DNA of 64,000 bases, taken from positions 2,532-66,531 of the forward strand of contig DUTP01000003.1 of the NCBI GenBank assembly GCA_012842045.1, read 5' to 3'. Source of the stretch: Candidatus Dojkabacteria bacterium (GTDB taxonomy: Bacteria > Patescibacteriota > Dojkabacteria > SC72). This document shows positions 1 to 9,066 of the stretch, piece after piece. Within the stretch, counting starts at the first letter, position 1, and every line of letters begins with the position of its first letter. Under the pieces are notes generated by a model, which worked only from the letters and a program-made list of their open reading frames with translations, was not told the origin of the DNA and searched no databases. The position numbers and the translations under genes are program-made.

Positions 1-3000
1 CTCTCCGGACGATTAAATGAATTAGTACCTAAAACAGAAAATTTAGACATACTTGTTGGCTATTTTTACATAAGCGGTTTCTATCAGTTATATAAAAACC
101 TTGAAGAGGTAGATAAGATAAGGATTTTAATCGGACTTAATACAGAATCACAGGTGGTAGATGCTGTACAAGGTAATTTGGAAATACCTTTCGAATCAGC
201 AAAGAAAGTCAAGGACAGCATAAGTAAAAAATATATTGATGAAGTTGCAGCTGCAGATGACGATGTGAATGTAGAAGAAGGAATGTTGAAGTTTGTAGAG
301 TGGTTACAGAGTGGAAAGTTACAGATAAAGATTTATGACAAGGCACCTCTTCATGCAAAGCTATATATCTTCACATTTAATGAAGGACAATTAGATCCAG
401 GTAGGGTAATTACTGGGTCTAGTAATCTTACAAGATCTGGGTTAAAGGAAAACTTAGAATTTAATGTTGAGTTGAAGAATAGCAATGATTATAAATTTGC
501 ATTAGAGAACTTTAATGCTTTATGGGATGAAGCAATAGAACTTTCTGAAACCCTCAATGAAACTATAACTAAGAAGACTCACCTTAACGAAGAAATTACT
601 CCATATCAACTCTATCTTAAATTCCTCTATGAGTATTTTAGAGAAGATTTAACTGTAGACACAGAAATAGAAGACTATATTCCAGATGGATATTTAGAAC
701 TGGAGTATCAGAAACAGGCAGTAGTCAATGCAAAGAAGATAATAGAAGAGTACGGTGGTGTTTTCATCTCAGATGTTGTTGGTCTGGGCAAAACATACAT
801 CACGGCAAGATTGTTAAATGTTTTAGGAGGTAAGACATTGGTGATTGCATCTCCTGCATTGATTGCGAAAGATAATCCAGGCTCGTGGACTAATGTTTTG
901 ATGGACTTTGGCGTAAGAGGTTTTGAGTGTGAATCTGTTGGTATGTTAGAAAAAATTCTTGAGAGAGGTGTTGATAAGTTTGATAATGTTGTTATTGATG
1001 AATCTCATAATTTTAGAAATGAAGCGACACTGTCTTTTGAAAGACTTACAGAGATATGTAGAGGTAAAAAAGTTGTCTTGGTAAGTGCTACTCCGTTTAA
1101 TAACAAACCGAGTGATTTATTAGCGCAGATTAAGCTCTTCCAAAACAGCAGGAAAAGTACTATTCCAGGGGTACCCAATCTAGAGGCATACTTTTCTAGC
1201 CTAAAATCTAGAATAGGGCAGTTAAGTAGAAGAGATAATTATGAACAGTATATGGAAGTGGCGAAAAGCAATGCTCAAGATATTAGAAATAATATTTTGA
1301 AATATCTGATGGTAAGAAGGACTAGATCTGAGATAGAGAAATATTATAGTGATGATTTGAAAAAACAAGGATTGAAATTTCCAGAAGTACATGAACCGGA
1401 ACCGATATTCTATCAACTTGATAGTGAAGAGGAAGGTGCTTTTAACAAGACAATCTCTTTTATAGAGAATTTTAAGTATAGTCGTTACATCCCATTACTT
1501 TACTATACAGGAGAGTTGACTGAGCAAGAAAGGATTTCTCAGAGAAATATGCTTACATTCATGAAAATGCTTCTACTTAAGAGGTTTGAGAGTAGTGTGT
1601 TTGCATTTAAGAAAACACTCAAAAGATTTATTCGTTCATATGAGTTAATGATAAATCAGTTCGACCAAGGGAATGTATATGTAAGCAAAAAGAGAGCAAA
1701 CAAGGTTTTCCAATTGTTAGAGGAAAACAGGATAGAGGAACTAATGGATTTGATTGAGCAGGAGAAAGTAGAGTTTTATAAGAGTGAGGATTTCAATGAG
1801 AATTTCCGAAAGGATTTGGAGTATGATTTATCTCTTTTAAGAAATCTGGATGAAATATGGGAAAATATAGATAGAGATGTGAAGTTTGAAACTTTTGTTG
1901 AAAAATTAAAGTCAGATAAGATACTAAGTAATAATAAATTAATAATATTCACAGAATCTAAAGAAACAGCCAACTATCTGTCAGAAAAAATAGAGGAACG
2001 GCTAGGTGAAGAAAATCTTAACTATACTGGTGATTCAGCAACAGCTCTAAGAGCAGATGTGATTAAGAACTTTGATGCTAAAGCTCCTAAGAAGGAGAAT
2101 ATTTACAGAATTCTTGTTACAACTGAGGTATTAGCTGAGGGTGTAAACCTACATCAGTCTAATGTTGTTATTAACTATGATATCCCATGGAATCCAACAC
2201 GACTAATGCAAAGGGTTGGAAGAATAAATCGTGTTGATACAAAGTTCAAAGATATATATACATACAACATCTTCCCTTCTGTACAATCTAATGACATTCT
2301 TAAGTTAAAAGAGGCAGCAGAAGCTAAGATACAAATGTTCATAGAACTCTTAGGTAATGATGCAAGATTACTCACAGAAGGAGAGGAGATTAAATCAAAC
2401 GAATTGTTTGATAAGTTATCATCTAAAGAAACCATTATTGGTGAAACAGAAGAAGATAGTGAGCTTAAATATCTAACTGTTATTAAAGATATTCGAGATA
2501 AAAATGTAGAACTGTTTAGTCAGATTAAAAACTTACCTAAAAAATCTCGTTCTGCTCGAAGATTAGAACAACAATCAGGTAAACTTTTGACATATTTTAA
2601 GAAAGGGAAGCTTGATAAGTTTATCATCTCTGGTAGTAAAGAACCCCAAGAGTTAGGTTTTCTTGAAGCTATAAAACTATTTGAATGTAAAGAAGATACA
2701 AAGAGAGTAAATATTCCTTCTAGTTTCTACAAACAGATTAAAAAGAATAAGGAATACTTTGGAAGTATAACCTCAGAGGAAGGTGGGATGGTTCTTGAAA
2801 CTAGAACAGGAGCATTAGACAGGAAAATTCTAAAAAGATTAAATGCAAATACAGTAAAAAGATTTGATGGATTTACTGAAGAACAAGAGGAATATCTAGA
2901 GATTGTAAAGCAGAAAATTGATGAGGGTGCTTTACCTAAGAATTCTGCTAAAAGGATTTGGGGTAAAATGAAGAATATGGTGAAGCCATTAGAGATAGTT

Positions 3001-3111
3001 AGTTTACTTCAAAAAGAAATTTCACCAAACCTTCTTAAAGATACACATTCTCAAGCTAAAGAAAGTGTATCTAATGTCAAAGAAGTTATATTATCTGAGT
3101 ATTTTGAATAA
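1..3111 (+). CDS. PLD-family nuclease fused to SNF2-like helicase, 5'-truncated by window edge; restriction partner of adjacent methyltransferase
   Basis: Frame is open from base 1 (LSGRLNELVP...VGYFYISGF). PLD motifs HAKLYIF and GSSNLT, Walker A DVVGLGKT, DESH, SATP, EGVNL, QRVGRINR. Stop overlaps the next ATG. Confidence 0.85.
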   Translation, partial: LSGRLNELVPKTENLDILVGYFYISGFYQLYKNLEEVDKIRILIGLNTESQVVDAVQGNLEIPFESAKKVKDSISKKYIDEVAAADDDVNVEEGMLKFVEWLQSGKLQIKIYDKAPLHAKLYIFTFNEGQLDPGRVITGSSNLTRSGLKENLEFNVELKNSNDYKFALENFNALWDEAIELSETLNETITKKTHLNEEITPYQLYLKFLYEYFREDLTVDTEIEDYIPDGYLELEYQKQAVVNAKKIIEEYGGVFISDVVGLGKTYITARLLNVLGGKTLVIASPALIAKDNPGSWTNVLMDFGVRGFECESVGMLEKILERGVDKFDNVVIDESHNFRNEATLSFERLTEICRGKKVVLVSATPFNNKPSDLLAQIKLFQNSRKSTIPGVPNLEAYFSSLKSRIGQLSRRDNYEQYMEVAKSNAQDIRNNILKYLMVRRTRSEIEKYYSDDLKKQGLKFPEVHEPEPIFYQLDSEEEGAFNKTISFIENFKYSRYIPLLYYTGELTEQERISQRNMLTFMKMLLLKRFESSVFAFKKTLKRFIRSYELMINQFDQGNVYVSKKRANKVFQLLEENRIEELMDLIEQEKVEFYKSEDFNENFRKDLEYDLSLLRNLDEIWENIDRDVKFETFVEKLKSDKILSNNKLIIFTESKETANYLSEKIEERLGEENLNYTGDSATALRADVIKNFDAKAPKKENIYRILVTTEVLAEGVNLHQSNVVINYDIPWNPTRLMQRVGRINRVDTKFKDIYTYNIFPSVQSNDILKLKEAAEAKIQMFIELLGNDARLLTEGEEIKSNELFDKLSSKETIIGETEEDSELKYLTVIKDIRDKNVELFSQIKNLPKKSRSARRLEQQSGKLLTYFKKGKLDKFIISGSKEPQELGFLEAIKLFECKEDTKRVNIPSSFYKQIKKNKEYFGSITSEEGGMVLETRTGALDRKILKRLNANTVKRFDGFTEEQEEYLEIVKQKIDEGALPKNSAKRIWGKMKNMVKPLEIVSLLQKEISPNLLKDTHSQAKESVSNVKEVILSEYFE

Positions 3112-6100
3112 TGACAGAGCAAGAATCAAAGAAGCTCATAACAGAGACTTTTGAAAATGATTTTGATGAGGAGAGATTTAAAAGATTCATAGCTAATTTA
3201 CTAACAGAGTTTCAAGGTGTATCAAAACATACAGATAATCAATATGTCAAGGATGCATATAAACAATATATTGAATCATATGATGTAATAGGTAAATTCT
3301 CAGATTCGCAGAAGAAAACGGTAGATGTTTTAATTGTATATCTAAAGACAGAATCGACATTTACAGCACGAACCCGTCAGAGAAACTTTGCTTTAGATTA
3401 CTTAGAAAGCAAAGCTAAGGATGGTATTTTAATTGCATATGTTCATAAGAATAAAAAGGATTGGAGATTTTCATTTGTTAAATTGGAGAGTGATGTAATA
3501 CAGGATGAAGAAGGTAGAGTTAGGGATGTTTCAATCTTTACTGCTGCTAAAAGGTCATCTTTTCTAGTTGGTTCTAATGAGAATTCATATACTGCTAAAA
3601 AACAATTTTTACCTATTCTTCAGAAGGAAGAGAAACCAACATTTGAAGATATTGAGGAGGCCTTTAGTGTAGAGACAGTAACAAAAGAATTCTTTAATAA
3701 ATATAGAGAACTTTTCCATGATGTACACGAAGCGTTAGAGAAAGAAATTAAGAAGAAACCACATATAAAAGAAGAATTTGAAACAAAAGAGATTTCAACT
3801 GTGGACTTTGCAAAAAAGTTGTTAGGACAGATGGTTTTCCTCTACTTCCTACAAAAGAAGGGATGGTTTGGAGTTGCACCTAAAGAGGAGTGGGGTACAG
3901 GTCCGAAGAATTTCTTAAGAAAACTATTTGAGAGAAAGGATAATTATGGTGAGAATTTCTTTAATGATGTTTTAAAGCCACTCTTCTATGATGCACTAGC
4001 ACAGGATCGAGGACGAGATGCAATATACTCGAGACTTAATAATTGTAGAATGCCATTTCTTAATGGAGGACTTTTTGAACCAATGAGAGGGTATTCTTGG
4101 GAGACTACTGATATATTATTGCCAGATGAGCTTTTCTCAAACGAGGATAAAGAAGGAGAAGATGTTGGTACTGGTATTTTAGATGTGTTTGACAGGTACA
4201 ATTTTACTGTAAATGAGAGTAATCCATTGGAGAAAGAGGTTGCTGTTGATCCTGAAATGTTGGGTAAGGTGTTTGAAAATCTTTTGGATGTTAAAGACAG
4301 AAAAAGTAAAGGATCTTACTATACTCCTAGAGAGATAGTTCACTATATGTGTCAAGAATGTCTAATAAACTACCTTGAAACAGAAACAAAAGGAGAAATT
4401 CCTAGAGACGATATTGAGAACCTGTTACTTCATGGTGAGTCCATTATACAGAATGACTTTGTTACTTTAGAAAAACAAAGAGAAAAGGAAGAGAAAGGGT
4501 ATAAGTATTCTGGTGAATATAAGTTAAAACTTCCAGAGTCTATACGAAAGAATGCTAGAAAGATAGATGATTTACTTAAAGATGTTAAAGTTTGTGATCC
4601 AGCAGTAGGTTCTGGAGCATTTCCATTAGGAATGATAAACGAAATTGTTGGAGCAAGACGGGTGCTTCAGGTTTACTTAAGAGATAGACTTACTATATAT
4701 GATCTTAAGTATCATGCTATTGCTAATTCTATTCATGGCGTTGATTTAGATCCAGGAGCAGTAGATATTGCAAGACTTAGACTTTGGCTTTCTTTGGTAG
4801 TTGAGGAAGAGAATCCAAGACCTCTACCTAATCTTGAACACAGAATTATGCAGGGTAACAGTTTAATATCAGAATATGAAGGGATACCGCTTTTTAACAG
4901 AGAGCTTCTTTCTGAGTTTAATAAGGAGAAATTTGTACAGTTAGGTTTTATCTTTGGTTCTGGTATTAAGAAGAAGATGGAGGAGTTAGAAAGAAGTATT
5001 AAAATGTATGTAGGTACTTCACAAAGATCAGTTAAAGAGTCTTTGGGGGATAGAATAGATGAATTGAGGTGGGAATTGATAGAGGAGACATTAAAAGAGC
5101 AGAATAAGTTAGAAAAGGTAGATGAAATTCGGGAATTAAGAGAGAAGAGTATAAGACCTTTCTTTATATGGGAGTTAGAATTTAGTGAAGTATTTATGAA
5201 AAAGGGTGGTTTTGATATTGTTATTGGAAATCCTCCGTATGTTCAACTGCAGAAAAATCATGGGGAATTAGCTAAAATGTATGAAGATACTGGTTTTAAA
5301 ACATTTACAAGGACAGGTGATATTTATACCTTGTTTTATGAAAAAGGTAATGAAATCTTACATTCCAATGGATACTTGGCATACATTACATCTAATAAAT
5401 GGATGAGAGCTGGATACGGAGAGAAGCTGAGGAAATATTTATCAGAAGAAACAACACCTACTGTTTTAATTGATTTGGGGCCAAATATTTTCGAAACAGC
5501 TACTGTTGATACAAACATTTTAATTTTTAGGAAGGGCTTTTCCGACAAGAAATGTAGATCTTGTATTTTAAGGGAAAACTTTAAGAAAAGTGGTCTTTAT
5601 CTACATGAATATGTGAAGTCAAATAATATCTTACTTGATAAGTTTACTAGTGATAGTTGGTTAATACTTTCCCCTATAGAACGAAGTATTAAAGAGAAAA
5701 TAGAGAAATATGGAACTCCTTTAAAGGATTGGGATATAAAGATTTACAGAGGTATCCTTACAGGTTGTAATGAGGCATTTATTATCGATGGGAAAAAGAA
5801 GGATGAATTAATAAAACAAGATCCTAAATCTGCTGACATTATACGACCGATTTTGAGAGGAAGGGACATAAAAAGGTTTAGTTATGACTTTGCTGATTTA
5901 TATTTAATAAATACACATAATGGAATCGAACAAAAAGGAATACCTCCTGTAAAAATTGATAATTACCCTGCAGTTAAGAAACACTTAGATACTTATTATT
6001 CTAAGCTCAAAGAGAGGGATGATAAAGGAATAACACCATATAACCTTCGTAGCTGTGCTTATATGGAGGAATTTAATAAGCAGAAAATCGTCTATTCAGA

Positions 6101-6425
6101 GATAGTACAAAGTCCTCAGTTTTTTCTTGACAAAAGAGGAGAATTCTTTGTCGAAGCTACTAGCTTTTTAATAACTGGTGAACATTTAGACTACTTAGTA
6201 GATTGGTTAAACTCACCAACAATTGCATGGGTATTCAAACAATTCTATGCTGGTGGAGGGCTAGGGAAAAAGGGGTTCAGATACAAGAAGAAATTCTTAG
6301 AACAATTACCTATTCCAAAACCTAGAAATGATATGAAATATAAAAATACTAATAATTTGATAAAGGCTTATTTGGATCTAACTGACGAAGAGATAAATTT
6401 CATTTCCTCATCTGTTAATTTGTAA
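3111..6425 (+). CDS. Type IIG/Eco57I-like N6-adenine DNA methyltransferase with C-terminal TaqI-like specificity region
   Basis: Motifs KGSYYTPREIV, VCDPAVGSGAF (motif I), FDIVIGNPPY (motif IV) and C-terminal EEFNKQKIVY region. Confidence 0.9.
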   Translation: MTEQESKKLITETFENDFDEERFKRFIANLLTEFQGVSKHTDNQYVKDAYKQYIESYDVIGKFSDSQKKTVDVLIVYLKTESTFTARTRQRNFALDYLESKAKDGILIAYVHKNKKDWRFSFVKLESDVIQDEEGRVRDVSIFTAAKRSSFLVGSNENSYTAKKQFLPILQKEEKPTFEDIEEAFSVETVTKEFFNKYRELFHDVHEALEKEIKKKPHIKEEFETKEISTVDFAKKLLGQMVFLYFLQKKGWFGVAPKEEWGTGPKNFLRKLFERKDNYGENFFNDVLKPLFYDALAQDRGRDAIYSRLNNCRMPFLNGGLFEPMRGYSWETTDILLPDELFSNEDKEGEDVGTGILDVFDRYNFTVNESNPLEKEVAVDPEMLGKVFENLLDVKDRKSKGSYYTPREIVHYMCQECLINYLETETKGEIPRDDIENLLLHGESIIQNDFVTLEKQREKEEKGYKYSGEYKLKLPESIRKNARKIDDLLKDVKVCDPAVGSGAFPLGMINEIVGARRVLQVYLRDRLTIYDLKYHAIANSIHGVDLDPGAVDIARLRLWLSLVVEEENPRPLPNLEHRIMQGNSLISEYEGIPLFNRELLSEFNKEKFVQLGFIFGSGIKKKMEELERSIKMYVGTSQRSVKESLGDRIDELRWELIEETLKEQNKLEKVDEIRELREKSIRPFFIWELEFSEVFMKKGGFDIVIGNPPYVQLQKNHGELAKMYEDTGFKTFTRTGDIYTLFYEKGNEILHSNGYLAYITSNKWMRAGYGEKLRKYLSEETTPTVLIDLGPNIFETATVDTNILIFRKGFSDKKCRSCILRENFKKSGLYLHEYVKSNNILLDKFTSDSWLILSPIERSIKEKIEKYGTPLKDWDIKIYRGILTGCNEAFIIDGKKKDELIKQDPKSADIIRPILRGRDIKRFSYDFADLYLINTHNGIEQKGIPPVKIDNYPAVKKHLDTYYSKLKERDDKGITPYNLRSCAYMEEFNKQKIVYSEIVQSPQFFLDKRGEFFVEATSFLITGEHLDYLVDWLNSPTIAWVFKQFYAGGGLGKKGFRYKKKFLEQLPIPKPRNDMKYKNTNNLIKAYLDLTDEEINFISSSVNL
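5839..5866 (+). repeat. Outer inverted repeat, left copy (TTATACGACCGATTTTGAGAGGAAGGGA)
   Basis: Perfect 28-bp reverse complement of 6945-6972. Confidence 0.95.
6065..6088 (+). repeat. Inner inverted repeat, left copy (GGAGGAATTTAATAAGCAGAAAAT)
   Basis: Perfect 24-bp reverse complement of 6693-6716; encodes EEFNKQKI in both cassettes. Confidence 0.9.
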
Positions 6426-6958
6426 AGTTTTTGAATGTCGTGTAAAGAGTGTTTTCTATTCTCAATATTTAATGGTATCGGAAGTAATAATAGACGATTA
6501 ACTTTTAATTCTCCTTCAATACCACCTCCCATATAAAAATGTCGTAAAGCAAAATAACAGACATCAGAGGTCAAAAAGCTTTCTAAAGGTATAATATTTG
6601 TACCTGTTATTATATTTCCAGGTGCTACTACCATATACTCTTTAGGCACTATTGAGAAAAATGCGCCTCCTGTCATTATTGCAGGGAAAGCTATTTTCTG
6701 CTTATTAAATTCCTCCCAATAACCTATACTATCTTGTGTCTCAAACCATTTGTTATTAGTTTTCTTTCTTGCATTATTTCCTTTAATTCCATAAACATTT
6801 TTCTTACCTGATTGTTCTAACTTCTCTTTTCCAAAAGTTAGAAGATAGTCTTTTACAGCTGGATAGTCATCGATGTTATAGTTTCTAGAAGGAAAAGTTG
6901 CGATTATCCATTTATCTGCAAACTCATAAGAATACCTCTTTATATCCCTTCCTCTCAA
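6368..6958 (-). CDS. Silent alternative C-terminal specificity (TRD) cassette of the methyltransferase
   Basis: Begins RPILRGRDIKR, identical to the internal motif of the 3111..6425 protein, and shares YPAVK, EEFNKQKI, FYxGGG and LTDEExxFISSSV. No N-terminal domains of its own. Confidence 0.85.
   Translation of the reverse strand: MRGRDIKRYSYEFADKWIIATFPSRNYNIDDYPAVKDYLLTFGKEKLEQSGKKNVYGIKGNNARKKTNNKWFETQDSIGYWEEFNKQKIAFPAIMTGGAFFSIVPKEYMVVAPGNIITGTNIIPLESFLTSDVCYFALRHFYMGGGIEGELKVNRLLLLPIPLNIENRKHSLHDIQKLYKLTDEEMKFISSSVRSK
6693..6716 (-). repeat. Inner inverted repeat, right copy
   Basis: ATTTTCTGCTTATTAAATTCCTCC. Confidence 0.9.
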
Positions 6959-6972
6959 AATCGGTCGTATAA
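6945..6972 (-). repeat. Outer inverted repeat, right copy
   Basis: TCCCTTCCTCTCAAAATCGGTCGTATAA, 40 bp upstream of the invertase ATG. Confidence 0.95.
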
Positions 6973-7012
6973 ATACTACAATAAATGTATTAAATTATTA
7001 AAAAATACATAT

Positions 7013-7621
7013 ATGATTTACGGTTACATTAGAGTTAGTACAGATAAACAAACCTTAGAAAATCAAAGGTTTGAAATACATAATTTTTGTAAACAAAGAG
7101 GATTAGTAATCAATTCTTGGATAGAGGAAACAATATCTGGTACTAAAGGGGTGAATGAAAGAAAACTAGGAAGATTATTACACAAGCTTAAAAAAGAGGA
7201 TATACTAATCTGTTCTGAACTATCTCGTTTAGGGAGAAATATGTTTATGATTATGTCTATTCTAAACTACTGTATGGAGAATGAGATAGAGGTGTGGACA
7301 GTAAAGGATGGATATAGGTTAGGAATAGATATTAGTTCTAAAGTTCTAGCTTTTGCTTTTGGTTTAGCAGCAGAGATAGAAAGAAATTTAATTAGTCAGA
7401 GAACCAAAGAAGCTTTAGCAAGAAAAAGAGCAGAGGGAGTAATTCTTGGAAGACCTAAAGGTCGAAAGTCCTCATATTATAAATTAACAGGTAGAGATGC
7501 AAGTATTAAGAGGCTTTTAGATAAAAATTTACCAAAAACAAGTGTAGCTAAAATTCTTGGAGTACATAGAAATACACTAGATAGATATTTAAAAAATTCA
7601 TACAAATACTCTACGACTTAA
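7013..7621 (+). CDS. Serine recombinase (DNA invertase/resolvase, Mpi/Hin-like) with C-terminal HTH
   Basis: MIYGYIRVSTDKQ catalytic motif, SELSRLGR, ERNLISQRTKEAL..GRPKG, HTH VAKILGVHRNTLDRYL. Confidence 0.93.
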   Translation: MIYGYIRVSTDKQTLENQRFEIHNFCKQRGLVINSWIEETISGTKGVNERKLGRLLHKLKKEDILICSELSRLGRNMFMIMSILNYCMENEIEVWTVKDGYRLGIDISSKVLAFAFGLAAEIERNLISQRTKEALARKRAEGVILGRPKGRKSSYYKLTGRDASIKRLLDKNLPKTSVAKILGVHRNTLDRYLKNSYKYSTT

Positions 7622-7657
7622 TCTTGCCCTCCCTCTCCACACCCCATATAATAAACC

Positions 7658-8434
7658 ATGTCTAAACTAAAAAAATATCTTCCTCTTCTCCTACTACTAA
7701 TCATATGTATATCCATATACATATATATAACAAATAAAAAAACACCAGAACAAATATCATTTGAAAAGAAATACTCATTAGAACTAAAAGAATTAAAGAA
7801 AACATATAACATAGATAAATATATATATGATTGGAATAAGGATATAGAAGGATATAAACAAATAGATCAATTAGTAAACAAACCTAAATATCAATTAACT
7901 AGAGAAAAATCAGATGTAAATGTAATATGGACATTAAAAGATGAATATACACTAGAACTAAACTGTCCTAAAGAAGATATAGATAACATTGTATATGGAG
8001 ATCCTAAAGGTTGTAATCTGAAATATAACGGTAATGTAGTAGAAGATAATGTAAGGTATGAAGTATGGGAAGATGAAGGGAGTATAGAAGGGGAGGTAAG
8101 TATGGTCATATATTCATCTAGTAAATACGAATACCTAGTAGTAGGGAAATGGGAGAGTGGTTCTAAGGATAGTATAACCATCTACAGACTAGAAGATGGA
8201 AAAGCTGTTAAAATACCGTTTAACACTAAAGATAAAAAAGAAGATAGTTGGATAGTAGAACACCCCATGTCCCTCTGGTTGTATGACAACCAAGGTAAGA
8301 AGAAGTTAGTAACATCTATCCATGACCCATCTATGTCCCATATACAAGTATTTAGAATATGGAAACCTCAAGGCGATTCTTTCATATTAGAGCAAACAAT
8401 TGGTGATATACCATTAGAAAGCTTTAAGGATTAA
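7658..8434 (+). CDS. Hypothetical membrane-anchored/secreted protein
   Basis: 258-aa ORF with one N-terminal hydrophobic helix. Confidence 0.7.
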   Translation: MSKLKKYLPLLLLLIICISIYIYITNKKTPEQISFEKKYSLELKELKKTYNIDKYIYDWNKDIEGYKQIDQLVNKPKYQLTREKSDVNVIWTLKDEYTLELNCPKEDIDNIVYGDPKGCNLKYNGNVVEDNVRYEVWEDEGSIEGEVSMVIYSSSKYEYLVVGKWESGSKDSITIYRLEDGKAVKIPFNTKDKKEDSWIVEHPMSLWLYDNQGKKKLVTSIHDPSMSHIQVFRIWKPQGDSFILEQTIGDIPLESFKD

Positions 8435-8560
8435 TAATTTATGCTATTAAAGTGACAGATAATACTCTTTTATCTTCTTTGCCATTAACTTTCTTCTTTC
8501 TACTAAGAAATCTTCATAATTTGATATATCTATGTTAAAGATACTCTCAACTATACAGAA

Positions 8561-8590
8561 TTGACTAAAAACCCTTTATAATGGTATAAT
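8561..8590 (+). promoter_or_regulatory. Sigma70-type promoter (TTGACT-18 bp-TATAAT, with extended TG)
   Basis: Near-consensus hexamers upstream of the 8682 ORF. Confidence 0.5.
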
Positions 8591-8681
8591 TAAAGGTTCT
8601 TAATGGATCTGATATCGATTTAATCAATATATCAGGAACAAATAAAAGTACATAGCATATATTGCGTAGAAGGAGGACTAA

Positions 8682-8939
8682 ATGTCTGTGAAAGATCCCA
8701 CAACTTGGGAAGAGTTACTGGAGGAGCTTGATGAGATGATTAAGCATTTTGGAACCATAAGTAAAAGGGTTGCCAGGCTATATATCATAGCGCAAACTTT
8801 ATCTGATACGGCAACTGAAAAACAGATGCAAAGAGTAGAGCATCTATGTAATGTAGATTCTAAGGAATTATGGAAATCTTTAAAGTTTCACCTAATCGGT
8901 ATACTCTTTTACATCCAACAAAGCTTCAAAAATAACTAA
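8682..8939 (+). CDS. Hypothetical protein
   Basis: 85-aa ORF with AGGAGG ribosome-binding site and upstream promoter. Confidence 0.55.
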   Translation: MSVKDPTTWEELLEELDEMIKHFGTISKRVARLYIIAQTLSDTATEKQMQRVEHLCNVDSKELWKSLKFHLIGILFYIQQSFKNN

Positions 8940-9028
8940 GAAACTCTAAGTTCTATACATGGTATGATATGACCACCTCCTCAACTTGCAATTATGCTAT
9001 GTACTAGAACTCTTTTAGTTAAAATATA

Positions 9029-9048
9029 GTAGGAGATTACTCTCCTAC
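9029..9048. terminator. Hairpin GTAGGAGA-TTAC-TCTCCTAC between convergent genes
   Basis: Perfect 8-bp stem. Confidence 0.45.
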
Positions 9049-9066
9049 CACATTTCTTTTTCTCTG

